Below the pieces are notes generated by a model that had not been told where the DNA came from, did no database searches, and was given only the letters and a program-made list of their open reading frames with translations. Of a DNA stretch of 52,281 nucleotides, positions 27,557-37,894 are shown piece by piece. Numbering within the stretch: the first letter of the stretch is position 1; every line of letters begins with the position of its first letter. Both the position numbers and the translations under genes were made by a program. Source of the stretch: Nitrospirota bacterium (GTDB lineage Bacteria; Nitrospinota_A; UBA7883; JAJRTC01); the NCBI GenBank assembly GCA_024278445.1, contig JAJRTC010000216.1, positions 1 to 52,281 of the forward strand. Reading direction: 5' to 3'.

Positions 27557-28819
27557 ATGCGTCATTTTGAATATAAAAACGGTGAATACTATTGCGAGGA
27601 CGTTCCTCTATCTACAATAGCAAAAGAGGTCGGCACTCCTTTTTACTGCTACAGCCACGCCACGTTGTCGCGTCATTACGATGTTTTTGACAAGGCGTTC
27701 GAAACGATACCGCACCTTATCTGCTTTGCGGTTAAGGCAAACTCCAACCTGTCTGTGCTTAAAATTTTCTCAAAGCTTGGAGGCGGTGCCGATATCGTAT
27801 CTGGCGGTGAACTTTTCCGCGCGTTGAAGGCAGGCATGGAACCGGGGAAAATCGTTTTCGCCGGTGTCGGTAAAAAAAAGGACGAGATAAAAAGCGCCCT
27901 TGAAGCAGGCATTCTTATGTTCAACGTAGAGTCGTCCCAGGAGCTTTTAGCGATAGACACGGTGGCGGCTGAGCTTGGCGTAAAGGCAAAAGTTGCGCTC
28001 CGCGTTAACCCGAACGTAGACCCGCAAACACATCCGTATATTTCTACGGGGTTAAAAGAAAACAAATTCGGCATTAACTACGATTCAGCTTTCGAGGAAT
28101 ACAGGCAGGCATCGGCGCTTGACAACATAGAGGTTGTCGGGGCGCATATGCACATAGGCTCGCAGATAACACAGATAACCCCTTTCGTAGACGCGCTTGA
28201 TAAAACGTTGGCTCTCGTGCGCGGGTTGGAAAACGAGGGAATAAATATTCAGTATATCGATGTCGGCGGCGGGCTTGGCATCACATACAACGATGAAGCG
28301 CCACCGCACCCAAAAGAACTGGCGGAGGCTATCGCCCCGTTGCTCAAGGATAGCGGACGCACGATAATCTTCGAGCCGGGCCGTGTTATAGCCGGTAACG
28401 CAGGAGCCCTTGTAACAAGCGTTATGTATACGAAAATAAACGAGGGTAAAACCTTCTATATAGTCGACGCCGCCATGAATGACCTCGCGCGGCCAAGCCT
28501 CTATGGCAGTTACCAGGGAATCGTCCCGCTGGACGAAGATACGACGAGCCGCAAAAAAGTTTCCGCAGACGTGGTCGGCCCTATATGCGAGTCTGGCGAT
28601 TTCCTTGCCAAAGACAGAATTTTACCTGTGCTAAAACAGGGGGAGATGATCGCCGTGATGAGCGCTGGCGCCTACGGCTTCACAATGTCGTCTAACTATA
28701 ATTCCCGACCTCGCGTGCCGGAAATACTCGTTAACGGGTCGCAATTCAACATAATACGCGAACGGGAAACGTATGACGATCTCGTGCGCGGAGAAACCGT
28801 ACCCGACTATTTAAAGTAG
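27557..28819 (+). CDS. lysA: Diaminopimelate decarboxylase
   Basis: 420 aa. PLP-dependent Orn/DAP/Arg decarboxylase fold with PLP-Lys motif FAVKAN, then GGGLGI and CESGD. Confidence 0.93.
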   Translation: MRHFEYKNGEYYCEDVPLSTIAKEVGTPFYCYSHATLSRHYDVFDKAFETIPHLICFAVKANSNLSVLKIFSKLGGGADIVSGGELFRALKAGMEPGKIVFAGVGKKKDEIKSALEAGILMFNVESSQELLAIDTVAAELGVKAKVALRVNPNVDPQTHPYISTGLKENKFGINYDSAFEEYRQASALDNIEVVGAHMHIGSQITQITPFVDALDKTLALVRGLENEGINIQYIDVGGGLGITYNDEAPPHPKELAEAIAPLLKDSGRTIIFEPGRVIAGNAGALVTSVMYTKINEGKTFYIVDAAMNDLARPSLYGSYQGIVPLDEDTTSRKKVSADVVGPICESGDFLAKDRILPVLKQGEMIAVMSAGAYGFTMSSNYNSRPRVPEILVNGSQFNIIRERETYDDLVRGETVPDYLK

Positions 28820-28825
28820 GTCGCC

Positions 28826-29659
28826 ATGGCTAATATAAATTTCACCAAGATGCACGGGCTAGGTAACGATTTTATCGTTATCGACACACGCCATAAAAGA
28901 ATCCCGGGGCTTGCTAAAAAAGCTAAACATTTGTGCGACCGGCATTTCGGGGTGGGGTGCGACCAGATAATAGTCATAACCACGTCAAAAAAAGCTGATT
29001 ACGGCATGAGGATATTTAATGCCGACGGGTCGGAAGTCGAGATGTGTGGCAACGGTATCCGCTGTTACGCAAAATATCTGTGGGACAGAAAAGACCCCGT
29101 AATAAAAAAGAAGGGTTATGTCGATGTCGAAACTCCCGCAGGAATAATCCGCCCCAAAATGATAAAGGGTGGCCTCGTTCAGGTGGACATGGGCGAACCA
29201 GTTTTAGACGGCCCGTCCGTCCCGACAACATTCAAGGGCGAGGTTGTGAACAAACCGCTTAAAATAGGCAAAAAATCATACAGGATAACCGCCGTATCGA
29301 TGGGCAATCCGCACTGCATTATTTTTACGAAGAACGCAGATAAAGTGAACCTTGCGAACGAGGGGCCACCCCTTGAAAAGAGTAAAACGTTCCCGAACGG
29401 AACGAACGTGGAATTTGTTGAAGTAAAAAGCAAAAATAGGGTAAAAACCCGTGTGTGGGAACGTGGATCCGGAATAACGTTAGCCTGCGGAACGGGGGCC
29501 TGCGCCGTGGCGGTGGCCTGCGCGTTAAACGGCAAAACTGGCAGAACCGTTAATGTGGAATTACCGGGCGGAACACTTAAAATAGAGTGGACAAAAGATA
29601 ACAGGGTGCTTATGACAGGCCCCGCCACTGAAGTTTTTGAAGGTGCTATAAGCCTCTAA
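28826..29659 (+). CDS. dapF: Diaminopimelate epimerase
   Basis: 277 aa with FTKMHGLGNDF, catalytic Cys motifs MCGNGIRC and ACGTGACA. Confidence 0.93.
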   Translation: MANINFTKMHGLGNDFIVIDTRHKRIPGLAKKAKHLCDRHFGVGCDQIIVITTSKKADYGMRIFNADGSEVEMCGNGIRCYAKYLWDRKDPVIKKKGYVDVETPAGIIRPKMIKGGLVQVDMGEPVLDGPSVPTTFKGEVVNKPLKIGKKSYRITAVSMGNPHCIIFTKNADKVNLANEGPPLEKSKTFPNGTNVEFVEVKSKNRVKTRVWERGSGITLACGTGACAVAVACALNGKTGRTVNVELPGGTLKIEWTKDNRVLMTGPATEVFEGAISL

Positions 29660-29736
29660 AACGGAGCATACACAAAAACTGGCCATTTACTGCTACAATA
29701 AACCCCTTTCAATTAACGGTTTTTCGGAGATTTTAA

Positions 29737-30609
29737 ATGTTTAGCGGATCACACGTTGCCATTGTTACACCGTTTAAAAACGGCAGGGTAGATGAAGATG
29801 CATACAAAAACCTCATAGAGTGGCACATAGAACAGGGAACAAACGGAATAATCGCCTGCGGCACAACCGGCGAATCACCCACCTTGTCCCATGCGGAACA
29901 CAACAGGGTGATAGAGCTTTGCGTAAAAACCGTAAACAAACGTATCCCCGTAATGGCCGGAACAGGCTCTAACTCCACGGTGGAAGCCATCTCGCTTACA
30001 GAACACGCGGCAAACGTCGGGGCAGACGCGGCCCTGCTGGTGAACCCATATTACAACAAGCCTACACAAGAGGGGATATACCAGCACTATAAAGCAATAG
30101 CCGAGGCTGTATCCATCCCGCAATTCATATACAACATTCCGGGCAGAACGGCATCCCAAGTATCAACAGATACTATCGCCCGCCTTGCGGAACTTAAAAA
30201 CGTAGCAGGCGTAAAAGACGCTGTAGGCGATCTTGCCGTAACGACGGAAATAATTTCACGCTGTGGCGACGACCTGGTTATCCTCTCAGGTGACGACACC
30301 TTAACTCTTCCCATGATGGTACTAGGGGCGAAGGGTGTTATATCCACTACCGCCAACGTCGTTCCGGCTAAAATGGCAAAAATGGTGGAACTTGCGGCGG
30401 CTGGTGATTTTAAAGCGGCAAAAAGAGTGCACTACGAAATGGCTGAGTTAATGAAGGTATTGTTCATAGAAACAAACCCTATACCCGTAAAAGCGGCCCT
30501 TGCGATGATGGGTAAGGTTACCGATGAAATTCGTCTGCCGCTTTGTCCCATATCACAGATGAGCCGGGAGAAGCTTCAGTCTGTCATGAAACAGATGGAG
30601 CTTATCTGA
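29737..30609 (+). CDS. dapA: 4-hydroxy-tetrahydrodipicolinate synthase
   Basis: 290 aa with GTTGES, YNKP and the Schiff-base Lys in VAGVKDA. Confidence 0.93.
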   Translation: MFSGSHVAIVTPFKNGRVDEDAYKNLIEWHIEQGTNGIIACGTTGESPTLSHAEHNRVIELCVKTVNKRIPVMAGTGSNSTVEAISLTEHAANVGADAALLVNPYYNKPTQEGIYQHYKAIAEAVSIPQFIYNIPGRTASQVSTDTIARLAELKNVAGVKDAVGDLAVTTEIISRCGDDLVILSGDDTLTLPMMVLGAKGVISTTANVVPAKMAKMVELAAAGDFKAAKRVHYEMAELMKVLFIETNPIPVKAALAMMGKVTDEIRLPLCPISQMSREKLQSVMKQMELI

Positions 30610-31418
30610 TGGCGGATATAAAAGTTGGCGTGGCGGGTGGTGCGGGCAGAATGGGCAGATGTATCGTGAACGCCGTGAAAGAAACAGAGGGCCTTTCAAT
30701 TTGCGGAGGAACCGAGCAAAAGGGAAGTTCTTACGTTGGCAAGGATATAGGTGAGCTTGCCGGAATCGGTTCTAACAACATAACGGTAAAAGAAAGTTTA
30801 GCCGACATAATTGGCGATTGCGACGTGATTATAGACTTCACGTCACCCACGGCCGCGCTTGAGCATTTCCTGATTGCGGCGGAAAATGGCAAAGCCATCG
30901 TAATAGGTGCCACAGGTTTTACCGATGAGCATTGGAACACTTTTAATGGCATGAAAAAAAGCGTTCGCGCCATAATCGCCCCTAACATGAGCGTTGGCGT
31001 AAACCTTCTTTTTAAACTCGTGCATGACACTGCAAAAATCATCGGCGACAGTTATGACATCGAAATCGTTGAGATGCACCACAACCAGAAGCTGGACGCC
31101 CCGTCCGGCACAGGCGTAAAACTATCCAAGATCGCCGCCGAAGCGGTTAATCGCAAAATAAGCAAAGTTGGCGTTTATGGGCGCCACGGCCAAACTGGTA
31201 AAAGAGACCCCAAAGAGATAGGTGTAATGACACTTCGCGGAGGCGATGTGGTCGGCGATCACACGGTTATCTTTGCCGGCAAGGGTGAGCGGCTGGAACT
31301 AACCCATAAGGCAGGGTCGCGCGATAACTTCGCGAACGGTGCCACATTGGCGGCTAAGTGGGTTATCGACAAGCCAAACGGAATTTACGATATGCAGGAC
31401 GTGCTTGGTTTAAAATAG
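30609..31418 (+). CDS. dapB: 4-hydroxy-tetrahydrodipicolinate reductase
   Basis: MADIKVGVAGGAGRMGR... plus the EMHHNQKLDAPSGT motif. I chose the ATG at 30609, which overlaps the dapA TGA, over the track's 30543 start inside dapA. Confidence 0.9.
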   Translation: MADIKVGVAGGAGRMGRCIVNAVKETEGLSICGGTEQKGSSYVGKDIGELAGIGSNNITVKESLADIIGDCDVIIDFTSPTAALEHFLIAAENGKAIVIGATGFTDEHWNTFNGMKKSVRAIIAPNMSVGVNLLFKLVHDTAKIIGDSYDIEIVEMHHNQKLDAPSGTGVKLSKIAAEAVNRKISKVGVYGRHGQTGKRDPKEIGVMTLRGGDVVGDHTVIFAGKGERLELTHKAGSRDNFANGATLAAKWVIDKPNGIYDMQDVLGLK

Positions 31419-31476
31419 CGCTATCGGGGCAGAACCTGTCTTTCCTGAGCCCCCCCTAATAACCAGAAGTTCCCCG

Positions 31477-33876
31477 CTAAGCTCGTATCGTAAAATTGAG
31501 AAGAATGGCAAGTTTTTTCATGTTCGAATGCTTTAAAAACTCTTCGTCGGCCACACTCTTTTCTCCAAAATAAACTTCTGCAAATACGTTCTGTATTCTC
31601 CAAAGATCAACGTCTAAACCCGTGGTTAAAGCGGCCAGAATCACTTGCACAATCAGCCTGGCTGATTCAGGGTCTTTTTCTTTCATAACCGTTTCTATCC
31701 GCTTCCAAAGACGGGCTTCTAACGCCTTTCTAACTGGCTGAAGATTAACTTCTACGTTCCATTTTTTTGTTTCCGCCATAAGGTCACCCAGCTTTTCGGC
31801 TGACCCGTTATTGCCTATGCCGGCGGCGGTGGCTATAAGCTCTTTTTCCAAAATGTATTGAGCCGCCATACGAAACTCCAAAGGAGCCGGAACGTTGCTT
31901 TCCAGAAAATAGCCCATCATCTCCTTACGTTTCCAGAAAAGGTCTTCGTATATATCATGAAAACTTTTTATGTGGCTTGCAAAGAGAGTGTTGAGGGCAG
32001 TGCGCCTGCTTTCCATAAACAGATTTTTTAACGAATAGCTCTGCCCTTTAAAATGCTTTTCCAAAACTTGCATAATTTCGGTAACGTCATGTTTTTCCCA
32101 CGATGCAACGATCTCCGCTACCAAAGATTTATAAGGCTTTTCGCCTCCGTTTTCCATGGCGTAACATGCAACGTCGGTCGCCCCAAGCCTTAAAGTGGCC
32201 ATTACCACCGATTCTTCTTCTAATGTTATGCTCGAAAAAATCCTGGCCCTTGAAATTGCAAGAGAGGCGTCGCCATGCCGGTTGTCAACCCTGTCAGATT
32301 CTTCCACTGTGTAAGGGTCTCTCGGCCCCAAAGTGTAGCCGGGAATTAACGTTCTGCTGATAATATGGTTTGCCAGAACTTTTTCAAGAGAGGCGGTCTC
32401 CGGCATGGCGGACGTCCTGTAAAGGTCTTCAGCAGTTCCGCAAGTAGGAATGTTGCTTTTGGCCCCCCTTAACATGGAGGTAAATTTTTCTTCTAAAGAA
32501 CTACCCGTAACATCAGCGTAAAGTTGTATGGCGCGGGCGGCGTATCTTAATATCTGAACTGTCTCGATACCTGAAACATCATCAAAAAACCATCCGCACG
32601 ATGTAAACATGAGCATTCCGTTTCTCTGCAACTCAAGTAGTTTCATCGCGTCTATTTTTTTGTCGTTTGAATTATCGTTTTTCATATTGGCAGACAAAAA
32701 GCCAATAGTTTTGCTACGGTCTAAAATAACCTCGATATATCTGTTCCTGGCAAGCCACGGGTCATGGAAAAGCCGTTCCCCTTCCCTTTTGAATACAACA
32801 TCCAACTCGCCTTTAAGATAGTTTAGCGCCTCGCGTAACGGTGCGCGCCACTCTTGGTTAAACCCTGGCGTGCCTACGTTGCACCCGCAATCGTTTCTCC
32901 ACCGCTCCACACCATGAACGCAAGACCATGATGAATTATCGTATATATCCACCTCCACCACCGGTGGGTAAAGTGCAAGGTATTCGCCATAATTGGTAAG
33001 GCAAGTTTCATCACAACATTCAAAACGGCTCAAGGCATAGGTGAGCGCCATTTCGCCAAAGCTGTGATGGTGACCAAAGGTTTCACCATCGGTCGCGATA
33101 TGTAAAAGTTGGGGCCAGTCGCGATTATCAGAAAAGCCGGATTTTAATCGATCTGCAAACTTTCCACCGTCAGACAAAAGCCGTTCAAACGCCACCGCCT
33201 GGCTTATCGGCCCGTCATAAAAAAAAAGCGCGATGCTTTTACCATCCGGCAGAGGTTGAACGTATGAACGCGCAGGATCTATCGGCGTTTTTAAATCGTG
33301 CCAATTATGTTCCCCTGCTCTGCGAGTAGCATCTGCCTGATTTTGCGATAATACGGTAAATAAAATCCCGTTATCCGCGAGCAGTTCCAAGGTTTTTTTA
33401 TCGACCGCAGTTTCGGAGAGCCACATCCCTTCAGGCTCCCTTCCAAAACGGCTTTTAAAATCGGCTATTCCCCAGATAATTTGAGTTTCCTTATCTTTAT
33501 CCGTGGCAAGCGGCATTATTATGTGGTTATAAGACTGGGCCATGGCGGAGCCGTGCCCGCCATACGTCGCAACGCTTGCTTTGTCTGCCTCAATTATTTT
33601 TTTATATGTAACAGGGTCTTTTGCCTTGAGCCAACTCAATAACGTAGGGCCGACGTTAAAGCTTATCTTTTCAAAATTGTTAACGATGCCTTTTATACGC
33701 CCACCGTCATCAAGCAAGCGAGAGGCCGTATTGGGTGCATAACACTCCCTGTTTATCCGCTCGTTCCAGTCGTGAAAAGGATAGGCGGAATCTTGCACCT
33801 CTATGACTTCGAGCCAAGGGTTTTCGCGCGGGGGTTGATAGAAATGTCCATGAACGCAAACATATCTTTTCATCAT
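31477..33876 (-). CDS. Glycoside hydrolase family 57 protein with a long C-terminal extension (DUF3536-type)
   Basis: 799 aa. N-terminus is VCVHGHFYQPPRENPW, followed by a GH57-like catalytic region. ATGA overlap with pcm. Confidence 0.8.
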   Translation of the reverse strand: MMKRYVCVHGHFYQPPRENPWLEVIEVQDSAYPFHDWNERINRECYAPNTASRLLDDGGRIKGIVNNFEKISFNVGPTLLSWLKAKDPVTYKKIIEADKASVATYGGHGSAMAQSYNHIIMPLATDKDKETQIIWGIADFKSRFGREPEGMWLSETAVDKKTLELLADNGILFTVLSQNQADATRRAGEHNWHDLKTPIDPARSYVQPLPDGKSIALFFYDGPISQAVAFERLLSDGGKFADRLKSGFSDNRDWPQLLHIATDGETFGHHHSFGEMALTYALSRFECCDETCLTNYGEYLALYPPVVEVDIYDNSSWSCVHGVERWRNDCGCNVGTPGFNQEWRAPLREALNYLKGELDVVFKREGERLFHDPWLARNRYIEVILDRSKTIGFLSANMKNDNSNDKKIDAMKLLELQRNGMLMFTSCGWFFDDVSGIETVQILRYAARAIQLYADVTGSSLEEKFTSMLRGAKSNIPTCGTAEDLYRTSAMPETASLEKVLANHIISRTLIPGYTLGPRDPYTVEESDRVDNRHGDASLAISRARIFSSITLEEESVVMATLRLGATDVACYAMENGGEKPYKSLVAEIVASWEKHDVTEIMQVLEKHFKGQSYSLKNLFMESRRTALNTLFASHIKSFHDIYEDLFWKRKEMMGYFLESNVPAPLEFRMAAQYILEKELIATAAGIGNNGSAEKLGDLMAETKKWNVEVNLQPVRKALEARLWKRIETVMKEKDPESARLIVQVILAALTTGLDVDLWRIQNVFAEVYFGEKSVADEEFLKHSNMKKLAILLNFTIRA

Positions 33877-34553
33877 TCTTCAGCTTTTCCTGTCATGGGA
33901 ACAAACCTTACCATCATAAGAACCTTGTATTCCATCTTTTCACCACGCTTTACGCCAAGCAGAAGCTCTTGAGAACCTGTACCGCCAACCGGCATTATAA
34001 GCATTCCGTCATCCTTTAGCTGTTTTTCCAGAGGGTGCGGAATTTTTCCAGCCGCAGACGTTACAATAATTTTGTCGAAAGGCGCATATTCCGGCCAGCC
34101 CATATAGCCGTCGCCCTGCATCACCTTTATGTTTTCGTACCCTAACTCAGCCAACAGCGTAGCAGACGACCTGGCAAGCCCTTTAACTATTTCAACACTG
34201 TATACTTCATTAACGATCTGCGCCAATATAGCCGCCTGATACCCTGAACCCGTGCCGATTTCCAACACCGTGTCCGTTTCTTCAAGACGTAACGCCTGAG
34301 TCATTGTGCCCACTATGTAAGGCTGGCTTATCGTCTGCCCTGAGGCGATGGGAAGAGGCATATCTGCGTATGCGGAATCGATGTAATAAGAATCTACAAA
34401 TTTTTCCCGTTTAACCGATCCCATGGCTCTTAAAACGGCGGGGTCTTTTATGTCTCTACCCTTTAAATGCCGCTCGACCATGGCACAGCGGGCTTGGTAA
34501 AGATCGTGAGATTCCATATTTTTCGCAATGCATGGTGAGAGGCTCTGCGCCAT
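33873..34553 (-). CDS. pcm: Protein-L-isoaspartate O-methyltransferase
   Basis: 226 aa with TISQPYIV and the SAM motif VLEIGTGSGYQAA. Confidence 0.9.
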   Translation of the reverse strand: MAQSLSPCIAKNMESHDLYQARCAMVERHLKGRDIKDPAVLRAMGSVKREKFVDSYYIDSAYADMPLPIASGQTISQPYIVGTMTQALRLEETDTVLEIGTGSGYQAAILAQIVNEVYSVEIVKGLARSSATLLAELGYENIKVMQGDGYMGWPEYAPFDKIIVTSAAGKIPHPLEKQLKDDGMLIMPVGGTGSQELLLGVKRGEKMEYKVLMMVRFVPMTGKAEE

Positions 34554-34610
34554 CGCGAGATAAAACGCGTTCTACTAAAAAATCAGGCCATGTTTTTTGA
34601 GCCAGCCATC

Positions 34611-34985
34611 TTAGTTGAACCGGCTCGACATATATTCACGAAAAGCGATTTCACCCTGTGTAAGCTTTCGCCCGTCTTCACTGTGAGCCGGAATATCGTC
34701 TTCCGGTTTGGCATCTCCAACCCCTTCTGAGTCAAGCTCCATTTTTTCGTCACAGCTCATATCACAGGGCCGCGTAACATCTACACCCATGGATTGGGCC
34801 AGATTTTTAACCTTGAGCATCAGAACAAGAAACGAGCCTTCGCACACGTCCTCTTTCCTGGCCGCACGAGTCATGGCTGTTCGCACCTCGTCAGATTTCA
34901 CAAGAGCCTCTACTATGGCGCGGGAAAGCTCATCCATTTCCCTGTCCCTCTCCTTATCTCCATCCTTCTCTTTATCGTCAGACAT
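34611..34985 (-). CDS. Hypothetical acidic protein
   Basis: 124 aa, D/E/K-rich at both ends. I recognise no family. Confidence 0.4.
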   Translation of the reverse strand: MSDDKEKDGDKERDREMDELSRAIVEALVKSDEVRTAMTRAARKEDVCEGSFLVLMLKVKNLAQSMGVDVTRPCDMSCDEKMELDSEGVGDAKPEDDIPAHSEDGRKLTQGEIAFREYMSSRFN

Positions 34986-35080
34986 TTGCTAAAACCCCGG
35001 AGCAAAGTTGAATTTAATGTTGCAGGTTGGATTCTATCACATGATAGCCTGCGGTTAAAACAGAGCCGACCTTACTGTTT

Positions 35081-35950
35081 TTACTTGTTTCCCCCAATTA
35101 AATTGCGCAATATTTTGAGATTTACAACATCTTCGGCCCCATCCGCCCCTTTGGGGGTTTCAAGTATCATCGGTATATTTTTGAACCGTAAGTCATTTAC
35201 AAGCAGGCGAAAACACTCAAGGCCGATATGACCTTTCCCTATATGCTCATGCCTGTCTACCCGTGAGCCCAGTTCTCGTTTGGAATCGTTTATATGAAAC
35301 ATCAGGAGTTTTTTAATTCCAACGATATCATCGAACTCTCTGAAAACGGCCTTATATCCCTTTTCCGTGTTCACTTCGTAGCCGGCCGCAAAAACATGGC
35401 AAGTGTCAAGACAAACGCCTATACGCGCAGGCTTGCCTACATTGTCGATTATTTGCCGCAGATGTTCAAACTTGTATCCCAACGCCGTCCCCTGCCCTGC
35501 GGTTGTCTCGATCGTTAATTTAAGTTTACTATCCGGTCTTTTTGATAATGCAAAGTTCAGCGACTCGGCCACTCTTTTTAAGCCGTCACCTTCCCCAACT
35601 CCTACATGCGCCCCAGGATGAAACACAAGACATGGCACATCAAGCGCGTCGGCACGGTCGATCTCGTCTAAAAACGCTTCCCGCGATTTTTTCATTAGCT
35701 CCTTATCCGGCGAAGCCAGATTTATCAGGTAACAATCGTGCGACGCAAAAACGTCTATCCCCAACTTCTTTTTATTTTCATTAAAAGTTGCGATCTCGCC
35801 TTCCGTGAGAGGTTTGCCTTTCCAGCGGTTGTTGTTTTTAGTAAATATCTGAATAGACCTCGCGCCAACGTCAAAAGCCCTTTGAGGGGCTTTAGATACC
35901 CCGCCCGCGATAGACATGTGCGCCCCGAAAGGCCGATGACTTGCCATCAT
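35081..35950 (-). CDS. nfo: Deoxyribonuclease IV (endonuclease IV)
   Basis: 289 aa. AP endonuclease family 2 TIM barrel with GAHMSIAGG, FHPG, CLDTCH and HINDSK. Confidence 0.9.
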   Translation of the reverse strand: MMASHRPFGAHMSIAGGVSKAPQRAFDVGARSIQIFTKNNNRWKGKPLTEGEIATFNENKKKLGIDVFASHDCYLINLASPDKELMKKSREAFLDEIDRADALDVPCLVFHPGAHVGVGEGDGLKRVAESLNFALSKRPDSKLKLTIETTAGQGTALGYKFEHLRQIIDNVGKPARIGVCLDTCHVFAAGYEVNTEKGYKAVFREFDDIVGIKKLLMFHINDSKRELGSRVDRHEHIGKGHIGLECFRLLVNDLRFKNIPMILETPKGADGAEDVVNLKILRNLIGGNK

Positions 35951-35968
35951 GACATTAGAACTCCGAAC

Positions 35969-36000
35969 AAAAAAAGGGCGATCCTAAATGGACCGCCCTT
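35969..36000 (-). terminator. Rho-independent terminator of the peroxiredoxin gene
   Basis: The minus-sense RNA has a stem AAGGGCG/CGCCCUU (fwd 35994-36000 / 35974-35980) followed by a U-run (fwd A-run 35969-35975). It lies 24 nt after the stop. Confidence 0.75.
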
Positions 36001-36023
36001 TGGATTATATCGATAAAAGCTAT

Positions 36024-36614
36024 CTAGCCGTGAGTCGCAAAATATTCCTGCGACCCTACAGGGTCGGGCTTCATGGTATCGGCACCAGGTTTCCAGTCTG
36101 CAGGGCAAACCTCGCCTGTTTTATCTACACTCTGGATGGCGGCTAAAACGCGCAAAGTTTCGTCTACGTTCCTGCCGATGCCAAGGTCATGCACAACCTG
36201 ATAACGCAGGTTTCCTTTCGGGTCGATAATAAAAAGCCCGCGAAGCGTAATTCCGTTTGGCAACATAACGCCATAGTCCTCACCTATTTTCTTGGTCAGG
36301 TCGGCTATAAGCGGATATGCGATTTCACCCAATCCACCTTTGGCGCGTGGAGTTTCGACCCATGCTAAATGCGTAAAGTGACTGTCTACCGAACAGCCCA
36401 AAACTTCTGCACCCAGCTCTTTAAAATCTCCGACCCTGTCGGAAAAAGCCGTTATCTCCGTCGGACATACAAACGTAAAATCGAGCGGATAGAAAAACAG
36501 GACAACCCACTTACCTTTATAGTCAGCAAGGCTCAGGTCTTCTTTGAACGTCTTGTTCGGCATAACGGCGGTTGCTTTAAAATCCGGGGCAGGTGATTGA
36601 ACCTGTATTGACAT
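36024..36614 (-). CDS. Typical 2-Cys peroxiredoxin (AhpC/Prx1 type)
   Basis: 196 aa. Peroxidatic Cys in FTFVCPTE and resolving Cys in GEVCPADW. Confidence 0.9.
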   Translation of the reverse strand: MSIQVQSPAPDFKATAVMPNKTFKEDLSLADYKGKWVVLFFYPLDFTFVCPTEITAFSDRVGDFKELGAEVLGCSVDSHFTHLAWVETPRAKGGLGEIAYPLIADLTKKIGEDYGVMLPNGITLRGLFIIDPKGNLRYQVVHDLGIGRNVDETLRVLAAIQSVDKTGEVCPADWKPGADTMKPDPVGSQEYFATHG

Positions 36615-36729
36615 TATAAATATCCTCCAATAATAGCTCTACTGTTTAAATTCATTCTAAATTAGAAAGCTATTCTAATCCAGTAAAAAAATAAAAGCAA
36701 ACTTTTTTTTTCAGCGTGAAATTTAATGA

Positions 36730-37566
36730 CTATCGCTGACAGATCAGGTACAGATCGCAACTGTCGCAGAGGGCCGGGTTGATTTTGCTGACGCAGTAGC
36801 CAAGCTTACCATACGAGCAGATGGCAAAATCGTATTTTACCGGGTCTTCAGGGTCAAGCGCTCGCAGGAAACGGGTAACTTCCAATGCCGCTTTCAAGTC
36901 GTTTGACTTTCTTTTTAGCATCCCAAGTCTTCGAGTGATTCTGCCAACATGAACATCCAGCGGTATTATAAGCCTTGATGTGGAAATATGGCCGTTCCAC
37001 GGGCCCGGGTCAATGTCATCCTTACGCACCATCCACCGCAGAAACAGGTTCCAGCGTTTTACGGCACCACCGCCCGACGGGTTTGAGAGTAGGCTATTAA
37101 AAGCTTGCGTATCCCGCTTCGCATACTCACGCAAAGCGCAAACCATGCCCGTGAGGCCGGGAAGAATTGTTTCGGCTGATGGGTCGTCATGCGCCTTAAA
37201 GAGCTTCAGAAGCGACCCGTGATCGCGTCTGGCGCGGCCAATTGCGTGTATAAGCGCACCAAGATCATCCCCCTTATGAAACCTGTATGAAAACGCCGAA
37301 ACCCAGCCGGGGACTTTACTTTTCCTGAACTTTTCACAAAATAACGCAGGAGAAGCTCCCATCATCGAGAGTATCCCGGCCACGTTACGCTGTATAAGAT
37401 CCGCCCTCCCATAGGCGAACAGCCCGGCAATAAGGCATGAAACCTCTATATCTTCAAAAGCGGTATAGCCCAACGTGGCGGCGAGCGGGTCCGGCTCTAA
37501 CGCTGACCTGTCAAACTTTTCCAGCAGACGATCCAAGTGTGGTTTTATATCTAACGGATTGTTCAT
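36730..37566 (-). CDS. TIGR02757/DUF2400-family protein
   Basis: IPLDVHVGRITRRLGML...DPVKYDFAICSYG resembles DUF2400. I prefer the start at 37566 (MNNPLDIK) over the track's 37665. Confidence 0.6.
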   Translation of the reverse strand: MNNPLDIKPHLDRLLEKFDRSALEPDPLAATLGYTAFEDIEVSCLIAGLFAYGRADLIQRNVAGILSMMGASPALFCEKFRKSKVPGWVSAFSYRFHKGDDLGALIHAIGRARRDHGSLLKLFKAHDDPSAETILPGLTGMVCALREYAKRDTQAFNSLLSNPSGGGAVKRWNLFLRWMVRKDDIDPGPWNGHISTSRLIIPLDVHVGRITRRLGMLKRKSNDLKAALEVTRFLRALDPEDPVKYDFAICSYGKLGYCVSKINPALCDSCDLYLICQR

Positions 37567-37894
37567 ACTTTTAATATTAAAACAGCAAAGCTTGTAAACA
37601 ACAAGGAGAGGGCCGGGCGGTAAAACACCTTTTGGGGGGGCCACAAATAAACCCTGAAAAAACAAAGGACAGCCCAGAGTGATATAACATTTTACATAGC
37701 TGAAATAACATATTACATAAAGCAGAGCCAGGCATTTTTCCTTTTTCGCCCCGATAAAATGCGCTCTTATTGCATACGACCGATGCGGATTTTCTGCAGA
37801 TAGGTTAAAAAGTTAAAACTGTGCATATATTGCACAAAGAAGCGCGGGACCAAATTAAAAGAAATTAAACCTAGCAGTAAGGAGAATATGAGAC

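Noticed and set aside
30543-30608. Upstream start giving a 291-aa DapB.
   Set aside because: The extension lies entirely inside dapA in another frame. The ATG at 30609 gives the canonical MxxIKVGVxGxxGRMG N-terminus.
31419-31476. Hairpin GGGGC-N20-GCCCC between convergent dapB and GH57 as a bidirectional terminator.
   Set aside because: The stem is short, the loop is long, and there is no U-tract on either strand. This is not enough to call a terminator.
37567-37665. N-terminal 33-codon extension of the TIGR02757-like protein.
   Set aside because: The extension (MFFQGLFVAPPKGVLPPGPLLVVYKLCCFNIKS) looks non-native, and the family-like sequence begins at MNNPLDIK. This call has low certainty.
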